A stretch of 63,712 nt of DNA, filler included, from Octopus bimaculoides (lineage: Eukaryota), in the NCBI RefSeq assembly GCF_001194135.2. It is 6 parts of 6 records of this genome, joined end to end, with 100 filler letters (N's around TTAATTAATTAA, not from the genome) between each part and the next. Parts side by side here need not be neighbours in the genome. Positions count along the whole stretch, not along the records: positions 61,341 to 63,712 come from NW_026367330.1; 5 more parts are not named here. One strand, given 5' to 3'. Under the pieces are notes generated by a model that searched no databases, was not told where the DNA came from, and worked only from the letters and a program-made list of their open reading frames with translations. The position numbers and the translations under genes are program-made. How positions within the stretch are numbered: the first letter of the stretch is position 1; every line of letters starts with the position of its first letter. Shown piece by piece: positions 63,367-63,712 of this stretch.

Positions 63367-63535
63367 CGGAGTAGATGGAACAGGGACAACTGATGAAGGG
63401 AAATATTCTTTATGTTGCATGTCTCGTCTCTGTTTTTTTTTCGTTGTTCAAAAAAAAGTTCGTTTTCTGTTTTCGTTTCTCATTGAGTTTAGCGTTTTTT
63501 TTGTGATGTCCTGTACTCATATATGCATGTATGTA
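63367..63535 (+). mobile_element. Second, truncated copy of the 19.6-kb repeat
   Basis: Aligns with the reverse complement of 19565-19750. Confidence 0.7.
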
Positions 63536-63712
63536 TACATATAAATGTAGGTATGTACATATATGTATAGATATATGCATATATTTATATATTATTTATA
63601 TTATATATATATATATATGTATTTAGAGAGAGAGAAAGGGGGAGAGAAAGAGAGAGAGGAAGAGATAGATAGATAGATAGATATGTTTCTTTATTAGTCA
63701 CACAGGGCTCAA

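Noticed and set aside
1-63712. CRISPR arrays, operons, rRNA or other prokaryotic systems
   Set aside because: None seen. The sequence is intron-rich eukaryotic DNA, and the periodic repeats have no unique spacers.

Overview
AT-rich, gap-ridden eukaryotic genomic DNA. The SINE families and microsatellite load look like an Octopus draft assembly (recognition from memory, not verified). The only host gene I can support is three phase-compatible internal exons of a plus-strand multi-CUB-domain protein (31191-31405, 41708-41899, 56085-56214; introns of about 10.3 and 14.2 kb). Its start and end were not found. None of the listed ORFs is a complete gene; most are microsatellite or N-gap artefacts. 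The rest is intron or intergenic DNA packed with mobile-element remnants: several tRNA-derived SINE families, R4/Dong-, HERO-, RTE- and CR1/L2-type LINE fragments, Penelope-like elements with hammerhead-like motifs, Tc1/mariner remnants, and hAT and piggyBac-type MITEs. Three signals stand out. (1) A sharply bounded ~32-kb CpG-decay domain (~26.4-58.8 kb), readable directly from paired SINE copies. (2) A ~550-570-bp noncoding element that at all three of its loci sits in (TAA)n arrays next to an R4/Dong 3' end. (3) Hammerhead-like cores at Penelope-like termini. All alignments, counts and family assignments were done by eye, with no database search.
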